DNA of 63,183 nt, counting the filler, from Kipferlia bialata (Eukaryota), in the NCBI GenBank assembly GCA_003568945.1. It is 3 parts of 3 records of this genome, joined end to end, with 100 filler letters (N's around TTAATTAATTAA, not from the genome) between each part and the next. Parts side by side here need not be neighbours in the genome. Positions count along the whole stretch, not along the records: positions 1 to 23,793 come from BDIP01000095.1; 2 more parts are not named here. One strand, 5' to 3'. Below, one piece after another: positions 1 through 13,400 of this stretch. The position numbers were made by a program, and so were the translations under genes. The notes below the pieces were generated by a model, which saw only the letters and a program-made list of their open reading frames with translations, did no database searches and was not told where the DNA came from. Every line of letters starts with the position of its first letter. Positions within the stretch are counted from its first letter, which is position 1.

Positions 1-80
1 CTCCCTTCTAGATTCCCCCCCCCCCCCCCCCCCCCACCCATCCCTACTGTCCTCTCTGTTTTGAGTCAAAACTTTTGACT

Positions 81-116
<36 letters not shown>

Positions 117-262
117 CAGGTTAAGTAAGTAGCATATATGTGTATAAGTATATATATGACCTATATATATATGTGTGTGTCCACATATACTACATAGTGA
201 CTGTAAGGCAAGTAGTAGCATTCTCTCTCTTACGGTCAGAGCCCCCCCCCCCTTGTGCAACT

Positions 263-2456
263 ATGTACCGGAGGCCTCCCGTTGACGTGACGTACGACGT
301 ACGGTCTCTGACCTGGAGAGTGCACAGGGTATGCTGCACCTCACCCCCGTTGCTATCCGTAAGGTGACGAATGGGTATGGGTCGAGAAGGAGAACCGAAT
401 ACACCCCTGTAGCACTCGCAGACAACGTGATCCTGGACCCGGCCAGTGATCAGGTATCAGCATGACAATCATTCTCTGTTCATGCCTTAGGTGGGAAACC
501 CCCTGGGATCTATTGTGTGCCTCTAGAATGTACAGTGTAGATACAATATATATATACTATACTAATTATGTATACGTGATGCTGGACACGTCTTGTGACG
601 AGGTGAGCTGTCTCAGTATCAGACTATGTACATTAATATCTGAATATTTCAAAGTATATATATCTGTCTGTGGGTGTCTGTGTATGCATATGTAACACTA
701 TATACTATGTGATGTACTGAGTGTATAGTCACTATACTATATTGTAGATGGTACTCAGTGTCTGACATAAGGTGTACAGTGTCTCTAGCAATGAGGTAGG
801 GGACTTAGTGTGTGCTGGTGTAGACGACTATCCAAGTGATCTTGCACCTGAGTGGAGAAACGGGAGAGAGGTCCATCCCGTATGTGTGGGCTCTAGTGTC
901 TACTTCTTCACTGGATTCCGGGGTTCACAAGCACAGGTGTACATAGGGTCCCTAGATGGACCGCGAGGTATGCACCCATAGTAGACACGCACTCAAACTA
1001 TAAATATATATGTATACTACACTGCAATAAATGATGAATAGTATAGTATTGATTGACGCTGTTTACATACGCTCTGTGTGACTTCAGGTGAGGTCACACA
1101 TAGGCATGTTGTGATCACTGAAGGAGAGGGCCCCAATTGGTCTTTCAACAGAGTCAGAGTGTGGGCAGCACTGGGAGACAAGATCCTTCTGGTGCTTGAG
1201 GAGAAGAACGCCTCCACTTGGTTGTTTGACACAGACACGGAATCATGGCAGGAAGAGCTAGGGCCTGACCTACACTACTCAGGTGCCCAACTGGGCCCCC
1301 ACATACACATATATACATGTATATTGACATTTCCATCACTCTCTGTATGTAAGGATACATAGTAATAGTTGCACAATTGTTGATTGTTCACTTCTAGTCC
1401 CCCATGCTAGCTTTCACATAATTACATTCCCCTATATACTATACAATATACTATATAAATTATTGTATATACAATATACCAACTTGGCATAAGAGATCCC
1501 TATCCCTACCCCTACCCCTACTATATATACTGTATACTAACTGGGCATAAGAGACCCCCATTGATATCTCAATCTGTATAGGTAGATGCAACTTGCGGGT
1601 TCCCTGACACACAGGGTATTGCAGTGAACCAGACAGAGCCTTTGTGATCGGGGAGTCCCTCTATCTGGTATCCAGAGGTTACTGTCGCCACAAGAGGGAT
1701 ACCCAGGGAAATACCATGCGTGTCTGGCAGTGCCTCACCTACTCTCTCCGTGCTGGATGGTCTAGGCTGCCGGATATGGCTCTCCCAGACGAGGATATAC
1801 GGTAGGGCTGAACAATACCAATACTCCCACACTTCGTATTTGCTCTCCAACCCCAGACGCATCAACATTGTCCCTGCCACCCGCAGTGTCTCCCTGGTGT
1901 TTGAAGGAGAGCGTGGCGGTTACCACCGTAGCGGGGGTAAGGCGGGTCTAGGTGGCGGCATATGGCTGTGGGATATGCTGTCTGGTGAGTGCTCGACACG
2001 CCTCAGAACAGACTTCGAGACCAGAACGTGTCTCAGGCTACGCGATGGGTGCTACCTACTAGAGACCTACACCACCGGAGGGTAAGGGCACGCATTATCC
2101 CTTGTGTTAACCACTGAGTCTGCGATTACTACGCCCTGAATGTGTGTGTATCATATGTCATTGGATTTCTCTGTCTATCATTGTATATCATTACATCTGA
2201 GTCTCAGTCACCCTGCCTATTAGAAGAAATATACTACTAACTACTAACTACTAATTTACGCTAATAATAATTCCAAATCGGTATAGTATGATTCATACTG
2301 ATACTGACACTGGTATTACCAATTTACACTACTAATTAATACTACTAATGATACTAATATGCCAGGGATGGGTGGGACTGGTACCAGCTGGACATTGACA
2401 CCTCGTGTCTACCAGAGGACGGAGTGCCCACACGGGACTCACTCTGCATCAAGTGA
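263..2456 (+). CDS. Multi-exon divergent kelch-type beta-propeller protein
   Basis: Spliced exons give MYRRPPVDVTYDVRSLTWRVH, HPVCVGSSVYFFTG, WAALGDKILLV..TWLFDTDTESWQE, RAFVIGESLYLV..WSRLPDM and GIWLWDMLSGEC..DWYQLDIDTSCL. These are recurring kelch-like hydrophobic strands with Y/FD-xxx-W motifs. Some internal exon boundaries are uncertain. Confidence 0.6.
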
Positions 2457-3138
2457 GGGGGGGGGTTCTTGGTAATATATGTATATATATATATGGATAT
2501 GTTAACCCCCCAGGTTGTCAGGGACGGGACTCCCTCTGCTGCAGAGGCTCTGCATCAAGTGAGGAGGGGGGTTCTTGGTAATCCCGGGTACTAGATGTAA
2601 TGTATGTCATAGTGCCAGCGGTAGTCTCTGATGATAGAGAGACGATATATTGGATGAACTCTTGTTTTTGCCCTGATGATACAAAGTGTCAACAAAGTTA
2701 TCGTGACTCCCTCTCAGAGTGAGTAACTCTGCAGCAAGTGAGGGGGGGCTGTGTTTCAGTCCCGCGCAGTGGTGTACACGAAGTCTCATGTTGCCAACTG
2801 GTGGTAGCAATCTGATACCTCAGTACTGCCGGGTGGTAGTCACAAGGGAGGGCAAGAAGGGATTTCTTCTCTGTCTTCTTCCTATGTGTCTATGTTCTCT
2901 GTCTTCTTTCTATATGTCATTTGTGACAGTACATGCCCAATGGGCAATGGCTTGTGATAGAGTAGCTGAATAATCAACATGTACATGAACATGTGCGAGT
3001 AAGCATATCTACATTCACTCTGACGGATTCAGTGGAACAGCGGAAATCATCTGTCTATCTGGGTCATATACCCATGTTTATACGACACGATGCAAAAACA
3101 GTGTCTATTCTGCACTAGCGCCATGCACACTGTATCGT

Positions 3139-4644
3139 CTACTTCCTCATGGCTCTGTACTCGGCATAGGTCAGCGACATGACCTTGGGGGAGTGATATG
3201 TATACAACTATGAATATATATTTGATTATTATATACATGTATATTCTATATAATATAATATTAATAAACTCCGCGTAGGTCAGGTACATGACCTAGGGGC
3301 AGTAATATATCTCTCTTACCATTATCTTCAAGATTGGAGGACAGAGTGGCATATGCAGCTGATGTATATGAATCATCTGTGTGAATTATCATAAGACCCC
3401 GTACACTGCTGCTGAACCTCTCTGCCCCTTATAGTGATGTATAGTACTCCATACATGTATGCACTGTATAGTGTACACATGCATAGATCCCGAGTAGATA
3501 TAACCCCCTTACACTGCTGCTGAACCTCTCTGCCTTGACCCCAAGCGGTACATGCCTTACACATATATACTCAACACCATATATATATATATATATGTGT
3601 ATTCATCTCTCTATAACAGATAGAGCACCGTACACTGCTGCTGAACCTCTCTGCCTTGACCCTCTGCAGAGTGGCCTTGTCAACTGGGCCGCCATATCTA
3701 AGGTCAGGGATGACAATGCATATGTATACAATAATATTATCAATAGCTGGGGTGAGACTCACGTATACACATATACAATGACCGATCTCTATGGACTGTT
3801 AGAATAGTACACATAACAAGAAGGCAACTGTAGCGACGGTACTATGGTGAATATACAACGAACTCTGCTATTTGTGCACATCACTATCCGTACTATGACT
3901 TTCTGACTAATTAAATAAGTAAACTATATATATACACCCGTACCCTGACTTCCTGAGTAGGTGCAGCAGGGTGGTGGTCTTGTCCCAACCTGGAGTCAGG
4001 GAGAGATCAATAACAATGAATATTTGTCAGACGTTAATTCTATTGTGGTAGTAAGGATACGACTAACAGACCCATATACAATGAAACACATATATGCATA
4101 TGCTAGTGGTCTTCTCTGAGATAAAGATCTGCAACACATACATATACATATATAAATACATACAGAAATATATACATATACACATATATATATTTATACA
4201 AGTCTCACCCTGCTCCTCTGCAACACAGGGCAGGAACACGGCGTGGTACTGGTTGTCTGGGGTGAGGCAAAGACACAAATAGACACAAATCATACAATAT
4301 AGTATTCATCAATGTAATAATGGATCATAGTATGGATGTCTACAAAGTAGCGTACCCAGCACAATGTCTATGCCGTGTGTGCCTACTGTCCAGTCACACA
4401 TATAGTATAACTATGTCTATAGACATACATATATATATGTATGCATTCTTATCATTCCCTACCTAGCTCTATGTCTATGCCGTGTGTGCCCACTGTCCAG
4501 TCATCCCAACTGGCACAGGGCTCGAAGTTGACTGGATGTTAGTGTAGGTATTGTACATAGCAATATATATATGTAGAGAGGGAGGTGTAGGGCTCGAAGT
4601 TGACTGTGGTTGATACTAGAATATACCGATAGACCACACAGAGA

Positions 4645-4694
<50 letters not shown>

Positions 4695-5976
4695 CAGGAG
4701 GCAAAGGGCTCGAAGTTGACTAAGGTTAGATAATAACACACACAGAGAGGAAAGGGTAGGTAGAGAGAGATAGAGAGACAGACAGAGGTACATGAGGTAC
4801 AGGGCTCAAGGTTGTCTGTGGTTAGACACTGGAATCTACGGAGAGAAGCATGTATACAGATAGGTGGATAGAGGTTGCCATCAGAATATCTTGGCTAACG
4901 TAAAGGGAATGCTACATACCAAGCAGGTTGATGTCGACTGAGTTACTGGCGAACAATAACACTAATTCTCAGGTCTGCATTATGTGATAGACTCTCAAAG
5001 GTATAGTATATACTAGTACATACAAGTACATACACATGGTATAAACATACATACACTAGTATAGGCATACCGAGGAGGTTGATGTCGACTGAGATGCTGG
5101 CGTTCATCTCTGTGGAGACCATGGGGTTGAACCTGAGGCTGGGAGGGGATAGATCAATATGTACAGAGAGAGAGGGGGGTAGAGAGTCGACTGGAAGTGT
5201 TTACTGTACAGTGTTTGACGAAATACACCTTGTGTATACTTTGGGAGTATGGAGCATAGAGTTATACCTAGACTGGTATCCACCTAGGGTTCTGAAAGGC
5301 AGCCACACACACTACTAACTTTATAACGCAATGAATAACTATATAGAGACATATATATCCATATATATATATTTTGTGATCCATATATAAATATACATAT
5401 ACTGTATGTTGGTGATTCTATCTACCTGTGGTCCTCAAATGCAGCCACACAGGCAAACCTAGCCAGGCCCTCGTGGAGCTAGGGGTAGAGGGGAGGGACG
5501 AGAAAGTGAAGGATGGAGAGAGAGAGAGAGAGAGAGATAGGAAGGAACAACTAGAGAGAGTAAGATAGAGAGAGAGAGAGAGGTAGTGCCAACTGGAGAA
5601 AGTACCTTTGGGCCTGGTGTGGCCAGGGTACCGATGCATCCCCTGGGGTCAGAGGCAAACAAGGGCAGAGAGAGAGAGAGGGTATCATAATTATTGTTGA
5701 TCATCCATACCTCAGGTCCCCCTCCTTGTGCAGTCACTGATACTATGTATATACATATGTGTGTGTGTCTATATACACCACACTGACCTCAGGTCCCCAT
5801 CCTTGTGCCACGTGACAAAGAGAGGGCAGGGCACATTGGGGATAGTTGTGGGCACGGGGTGCTGGGGGGCAAGCTGTAGTCTGGTGTCAGACAAATACAG
5901 ATCTTGCAAGAACTGATAAAGAAAATGTATAGATAGAGAGAGAGAGAAGAGCCACAGGGTGCCGGGCGGCAAGCTG
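3139..5976 (-). CDS. Multi-exon protein of unknown function (5' end not identified)
   Basis: GT-AG-bounded exons read LAPQHPVPTTIPNVPCPLFVTWHKDGDL, FNPMVSTEMNASISVDINLL, NFEPCASWDDWTVGTRHRH, DNQYHAVFLPCVAEEQ, GWDKTTTLLHLLRK, IPDLRYGGPVDKATLQRVKAERF and KVMSLTYAEYRAMRK*. No family recognised. A poly-G tract at about 6222-6288 lies upstream. Confidence 0.55.
3400..3662. repeat. Three copies of an exon 3' end (echo exons)
   Basis: TACACTGCTGCTGAACCTCTCTGCC occurs at about 3402, 3510 and 3631; the last is the full exon. Confidence 0.9.
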
Positions 5977-6609
5977 CAGTCTATGATAGGATAGAAGGGG
6001 GGAGAGAGAGATTGCGAGAGAAGAGGGTGGTGGGGGGGGAGCTGGAGTCTGGGGTTAAACATAGATTCAAAGAGAGAGAGAGGGGGGGGGAGGGGGATAG
6101 AGACGGCTTCGGAGTTAGATGTAGTCAGAATCGGTTACATCGTGTGCAGAATTATTACACACACCTGTATATAGTAATATGGAAGAGCCACTGAGACATA
6201 TACGAGAAATAGATTCGGAGTGGGGGGGGGGGGGGGGGGGGGGGAACAGGGGGGGGGTGGGGGGGATGGGGGGGGGGGGGGGGGGGGGAGAGAGAGAGAG
6301 AGGAACTCAAGTTCTTAGACTATGCTTCATATATATACATTAATGTGTATGTGGGTGGGTGATGGTATCTTGAGGATCGTCGCCATCGAGGAGACCGGGA
6401 CTCCCGGTCCGGGAGTATCATTTTCGACATAGGCTTGTGGAGTTTCCACTAGGAACTGGATTGTGTAGTATAATAGTGTGTGCTGGAATAGCCGTCATTA
6501 GTCTCTATGGCGATTCACAGTCAATTAGCATTAGATCTATTAGCTGTAAATAACCTCTGAAAAGTAATACATATTGTAATACACAATACGGCCCATAATC
6601 ATACTGAAT

Positions 6610-7038
6610 CTAGTGCATCCAGTCGTAGAGGCCCTCTCTCTCTCTCGCCACCTCGAGGCAGTAGTAGATGTCCCACGGGACGAAGACCACATTGCCAAAC
6701 ATAAATGGCTTAGCGGCGTCTACACACAGGAGATGGGCCCCCTCATCTAGCCAAGACAGCCCCTTGCGCCTCATAGCGTCTCCTATAGAGCGCCACAGTG
6801 GCTGATTCTCGTCACTGTCTGTTAGCGTAGCCACGGGCATCGTTGGAAAGACCCGCCGGAACTCCTTGTACAGCCAGTCATCACAGGGAGTCACCTGCCT
6901 TCCAGCGCCGGTGGCAGCGGTTGAGGGGGAGGGGCCCTCAGTGAAAGTGCCAGTAGAGAGGGGTTGGGTGGCGTTGACCTGGTGACGGACGGCAGCTCTC
7001 TTCCTCCTCCTTGCATTTCTCTTACTGTTCTTGCTCAT
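6610..7038 (-). CDS. Intronless 142-aa hypothetical protein with basic N-terminus
   Basis: Clean ATG-to-TAG ORF free of microsatellites. The N-terminus KRNARRRKR is NLS-like and the C-terminal half looks globular. Confidence 0.6.
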   Translation of the reverse strand: MSKNSKRNARRRKRAAVRHQVNATQPLSTGTFTEGPSPSTAATGAGRQVTPCDDWLYKEFRRVFPTMPVATLTDSDENQPLWRSIGDAMRRKGLSWLDEGAHLLCVDAAKPFMFGNVVFVPWDIYYCLEVAREREGLYDWMH

Positions 7039-7472
7039 GCTTCCGAAGCTCGGGAAGACGAAGGAGTGCGACAGTGGGATAACCAGTGGAAACCTGTGTC
7101 CAAGTTAGGTATCTTCAGTGAGAGGAGGGTGAGTGTGAGGGTGGATAGAGAAACAGCCGTCTACAGTACCATTGAACACTGTTGACGTGCATGTTGACAA
7201 GTTGCTTCAAAGTATTTTCAACTTTCAACCTTCATATCACGGGAAGTATGGATATGGGAAGGAGCCAGAGACTAGCTCAGATAGTACACTCTCCAAGTTC
7301 ATCTTACAATACTCTGGCTCATACTGATGGAAAGAGTGGTGACATGTTAGGTCCCTCCCTCAGCCACTCAAAGCAGATAATCGGTAAATAGATCTATTGT
7401 ATAGTATTCTCATATGTGTTGAGTACAACCAGCGACCGAGACCCTAGAGTGCAAAAGAGCCGCACCATACAG

Positions 7473-10400
7473 TCACTCTCCCATTTCCCGGCCCTCTCTC
7501 TCAATCATCTCGGCCACCTAGATGTCAGAATGAGAGTGACACATATGAGCCATAAATCACTATATATATGATAAGATAGTCGTGTATGTATAGAAGTATC
7601 CAATACCTGAGTCAGAGCAAGTAGCTCTCCCTCGCTCATATCATCCCCTCTGTCTAACTCAGTGTCATCAGTGTCAGAGGAGGTGTCCATGTCAGAATCA
7701 CTATCACTGGGGTTAGACTACTCTATATGTACAGTATGGCCTCTCATATACAGGTGATAGGTAATCAATAGTGATTGTGTCATCAGTGTCAGAGGAGGTG
7801 TCCATGTCAGAGTCACTATCACTGGGGTTAGCCAGATATACGTATTCTATATATATATATATTTATATACTATAGGTATGTATTATATATATGTAAGAGA
7901 TTGACATGATAAATAGTGGATGTGTCCATGTCAGAGTCACTATCACTGGGGTTACAGAGATATGACGACAGAAGGGATTGGACATAAGACTGATAAAGTA
8001 ACTGAAGAAATGGACTGAGCACAGAGCACTTGAAACACACAATGTGTGTCACACACTGCTCACCTGTCTGAGCTGTACCCACTGTCAGAGTCGTCACTGG
8101 TGTCAGTGTCAGATATAAGTATCAAAGAAGAGATTCAGTAAAGAGATACAAAGCACTGGTGTCAGTGTCAATAATAATTTCATAACCAGTATTATAATCA
8201 GTATTAGAAAAGGTATCAGCATCAATATGGGTGAGTACATCTGTATTGTGAAAGGTGAAAGATACTATAATACCCCTACCTGTAGCTGTATCCAAACTCC
8301 CAGGACAGAAGGTTGTCAGAGTCCTCGAAGAAGCTGAAGATGAGGAGGGTGTCCACAAACAGAGAATACAAATACTATTACTTTGTAAGAAACTATGGAA
8401 TAGTGGGCAAAAGAACTGTATATCTGAAGATGAGAAAGAACCACAAACAGAGAATATCAACCCCATTGGCAACATAGAGAGACATAATGAAATAGTGAGC
8501 GTGTGTCAGTCTCCTATCAGTAATACAGAAAGCATAGAGTAGCTCGGTCATGCAAACATACCACTCCCTCACCTGTCTGAATGCTCCTCCCCTTCCTGGT
8601 CAGCTCTCTGCCTAGGTGTGAGAGTATGGCCAATACATATATATGGAGAGAGAGCATAAGGAATTCCTGACAATAGTATATTAATTGAAGAGTCACTCGC
8701 TATCTCAATGAAGTCACAACAGAGACCAATATTACTATCTGCTCATACCTGCTAATCTGCCTCCTCAGTTCCTGCCCCTCAGTCAGGACATCGGCAGGGA
8801 TCCTGCGGGTAAGAGGAAGAGACTATCTTAGTAAATACATATGCATACGTATAGATAGATATTCACAAACATAGGAATCGGCCTCAGGACATCGGCAGGG
8901 ATCCTAGTGTATGAGTATTGAGAATAGAAAAGTACATACACATACTTCGATATACATACACATATAATACATACAATGTATATATATCAGAATTGCCCTC
9001 AGTCAGGAAATCGGCAGGGATCCTAAGAGTAATACAATTGAGAGAAGAACGGCAATAAGAAAGTAATAGAGCATTGGGAATAGTATACCTATACACATTT
9101 TACCTGAATTTGAGGGAATTTCAAAGTTATGTACCTACATTCATATATGATAGTTCAGGTTGGTAAGAAAGGTAAGTAACTGATAGAAGTGAATGATAAA
9201 TACCTGCATTCCGACAAGTTGAGGTTGGTGAGGCTGGGCAGAGTCTCGAGAACAGGGAAGATGTGTCTGGGTGAGTGTGACATATATGTCCTCAACACAG
9301 ACATAAATATGACGTATATATATATGTGTATGTATATATGAATCTGGTACCTAGCACCCTTTCCAAGCTGGTTCTCGTACATGGAGAGAGACGACAGCTT
9401 GTTGGCACCTCTGAGTCTGCTGAACAGAGGACAATGAGACTCATTGAAGGACCCCTTAAGGTCAGAGACATACAACGAAAAGTATATGAAGCGATGATGA
9501 GCCAAATTGAAGGATCCCTAACAATTCGAAGAAGAAGTGCACATATACACGTGTAAATTCTAGAGAGAGAGACACGTAGTTCGAAACCATACCGGAAGAG
9601 AGCAGAATGAATGACTATTATTGAAGAATGAAGACTATCACTTACATAGGACATTGACAGGCACTCCACCCTTGACTCTGGCCTAGCTACAGCAGCTAGG
9701 ACTTGGCCGAAGACAGTTGGGGACATGCTGGAAGTTAGGTGGAAGTAACCATAAACGTATAGTATCATATCACACCTAATCCTATCGAGTGTCAACCGCT
9801 TCAGACTTGGCGGCAGCACAAGAGGAGGGGCTGTGAAGTCAGAATAAAAAGTCTGTCTATCAATCCCAGCCTCGACTAGTAGTTCCTTGAGATCAGGGCC
9901 AGTTCCGGGTAGCTTCTCGTCCGGCTCAGTATCAGTATCAGTATGCTGTATGCCACCAAGGACATCATGGAGCCAGGGGTCATGTATGTGTTCGTGTAGG
10001 AACTCAGCAAATGTGATTGTGCGTCCAGCTGGAAGCCCGCCCCTCTCACTCTCCTCAGCCCCCTCACCAAGCCCTGACGCTAACTGGTGCCTTGTGGTTA
10101 GACTCTCTTCCTCTCTCTCCCTCTCTGCCTCTTCCTCTCTCTCTGAATCTGACTCTCTGCTCTCCTCTCTCTCCTCCTCTGAACCTGCTTCAGAGTCCAC
10201 CTCTCCCTCTCTGTCTACCTCTCCCTCAGGGCCTACCTCTCCCTCTCCGTCTCCCTCTCCCTCCCTATCCTCAGCCCCAGCCCTCTGGCCCTCTTCATCT
10301 TCACTGTTGCTCTCCCCCTCCACACCAGACCAGAAATCCCCCACAGCCTGACCGTTAGAGCACACACACAAACGTATTGTTATTGAATGCATTGTTTGGA

Positions 10401-13400
10401 TGAATATACGAGCAAGCATAGACAACATACAACGACAGTATCCCAACAAAGAGACCACTATATCTCTTCAAGAAAGACCTATTATTCTTACCTGCTGTAG
10501 CTCTAGGACTGCTCTCTCCCGCTCTCTTCTCTGCACCTGTCTGCGCATATGCCTTATTGTGATCTTAGCCATTTCGCGTCCTACAGATTCACAAGCACGG
10601 ACTTCAGCGTATTCAACCACATCCTGCACCATTCTCTCATCCTCAGTCTCTAAATCCCCTGGAGGGACGGGAATGAGCACTGGCATAGACTGAAACCTGA
10701 TAATTAGTCCAGGTACAGTATAGAAGACGGCACACACAACATGCAACGATACTATATATATCTGAACACATCTATGATCTAGTGTGTGTATGAAACTGTG
10801 TCGTTACCTCGGGTCCTTCTGGTAACACCCGTGGGACATGTACATACTCTGAGGTCAGAAGGGGAGAGAGAGAGAGATAGGAAGAAGAAGATATAACACT
10901 ATATGTCAAGGCCAACTATATTTTCATACACATACTTTTCACCCACCTCTATATGGAGTTCCTCAAGATGGGGTATGTGCTGCACAGCTGCCATATATAC
11001 TATATATATATACTATACTCTATGGAATGTACTATATACCTCTATATGGAGTTCGTCGAGCAGGGGCAGGCTCTGCACAGCTGCCATATATACTACTTCT
11101 ATACTATACTCTATGTAATATATACTACATACCTCTATATGGAGTTCCTCGAGCAGGGGCAGGCTCTGCACAGCAGCCATGAGGTAGGACAGAGTGACAC
11201 TGGCAAAGGGGGTGCGTGCCCAGATAGAGAGTACTGGGGTAAGTAAAACCGTCATAAGGGACTAACGACATCCGTCAGGGGTCCTCGAGAACTGTGGTCT
11301 CTGAATGAACACCGTAAATGCAAATTAATACACAAAAAAACACACATACGCTAATAATTGTATACACAGAGACATTTGTACCTGGTAGCTCTAAGCGTAG
11401 CAACCTCAGGCACTGCAGGCTGGACAGTCCAACAGTGAAGGCACGGATATGATACATACTAAGGTCAGATTAGTGTAAAACAACAGACGACAAGAGGAAT
11501 AAGGTCAGAGGTCAGAATGGCACCCAACACAATGGGAAATAATGTATGAGAGGCATCCATCATCCACACCCACAGTATACATCTGCATATGTATCTAAGC
11601 CACTGCGCCATACCTGTCTTTGAATCTCTCCAGTCTCTCAGCCTCACCAGGGTCACGGCCCCTCTACTGTCAGAGATAAACCAGTGAGACCAACACATAT
11701 ATGACTGAGACACATGAAGATAGGAAGAGGGTAAAGTTGAAATAGACAGTCGCCTGAGTACAATGAGTGAGATGTCTTCAAGGGAAGAGAGATGCTCAGA
11801 TGTAGCGTAACGCTTACCAGGAGCCTTGTGTCGGGGTCTCCCTCCTCCCAGTAGTCCTCTGGGTCTGAAGAGGATCCCTGGGCATTAACAATAGGCAATA
11901 TCTTTCAAGCTACATTCTATACATAAAAGTATACCGGATAGTCTTACCGTGATTGCGTGCACTTCTTCCTTGTACACCCTTCTGACGTATGAACCCGAGG
12001 GACCTGAAGGTAAAGGCAAAGAGAGAGAGGATATTACAGAGTGAGAAGATACAGTCCACATAACACAGGGATGCCTGCAACCCGGAAGGGTAGGGTACAA
12101 TATATACATTTTAGTACTGTCAGTGACAGAGGTTAATACAAGATTGGCTCCATATCGTAGTTGCCAAATGGGCGGTGAATTTCCTACCTATAGACAACTC
12201 ATCAACGCCTCCAAATGATGTCATTGTACCACCTAGAGTACCCCAGTCCTCTGGCGAGCACAAGAGATCTGCCATTAGAGTAAACAATATGAGAACCACA
12301 TTCACAGCATACTATCACATCTATCATCAGACACAATCCAAGGTAATCCAACGTATACCATCATGTATCATGAGAGAGATTACAATCACTTCAGAACTAA
12401 GTGAATGGACAAGTGAAAGCACGATTGCCGTTCAACCTGAGAGATAAGGTCGGTATAGTAACTATAGATATATACCCGGCGAAGAATTCGAACAATACAA
12501 GAAACTTGAGAGAATCCCACAGCCTATAGACTGAACTCTTAACCACTCACTATCTAGATGAAGCTCCGTGAGGTCAGAACCGGCGCCCAAAGCTGTAAGA
12601 AGCCGCTTTCTGGCAAAGGTACTGAAATGAGGTTTATGTATCCGATTACATAATGAAGTATAGAGTATCATTGTACTATATATGTGAAGACACGTGTATA
12701 TACTTAGTCTCTGTACTCACCCCTCTTCTGTATCCTCGCCACTTCCCATAGCAACGTCATCAAGGGAGAGTTTACGCAGCTTGAAGACCCTAGATGTTAG
12801 TAATGCTGAAACAACAAGATAAAGATGTCAAGGACTTCAGAGAGAAACTGTCATATTCACCAGCAATGGTTGAGTGTCGTTCAAATCGCCTTCAGTAGTA
12901 GCAGTAGGAGGTCTACCACAGTCTGACTGACCTTGATTCCAGCATGGAAGCACAGGCCATAAGACTCTTTGCTTCCAGTTGCTAGAGTCAGTGACTGATA
13001 CCTGAACGATCATAACATCATATATTATGATTATATTAGATTGAATGTCAGAGTAAACCAGGACGCCACACTTCACACACTCTACCAATTCTGTGGAAAA
13101 TTATACATATACATGTATAGACAGATATATATATATATTGTCAATGGTAGCAAAGGACCCTTCTATACATACATATACATTAGGCATCCGTACACTGTTG
13201 TCGCCCAGGTCCAGTTCCGTCAGAGAAGGCATGTTCTGTATAGCTGGACAGATGACATCGCTGAGATTAGAGCTGCCAAACACAATTCATTATTGTTCAA
13301 CCAGCAATTGAATATATAGCGCTTGAGTACCTAAAGAGATCACTCTGGGTGTCATCGTCATCCATCAGAGATGCCCCACGTACATCCAACACCTCCAGTA

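Noticed and set aside
1503..1521. (CCCTAC)3 telomere-like repeat
   Set aside because: Only three units, located inside an intron.
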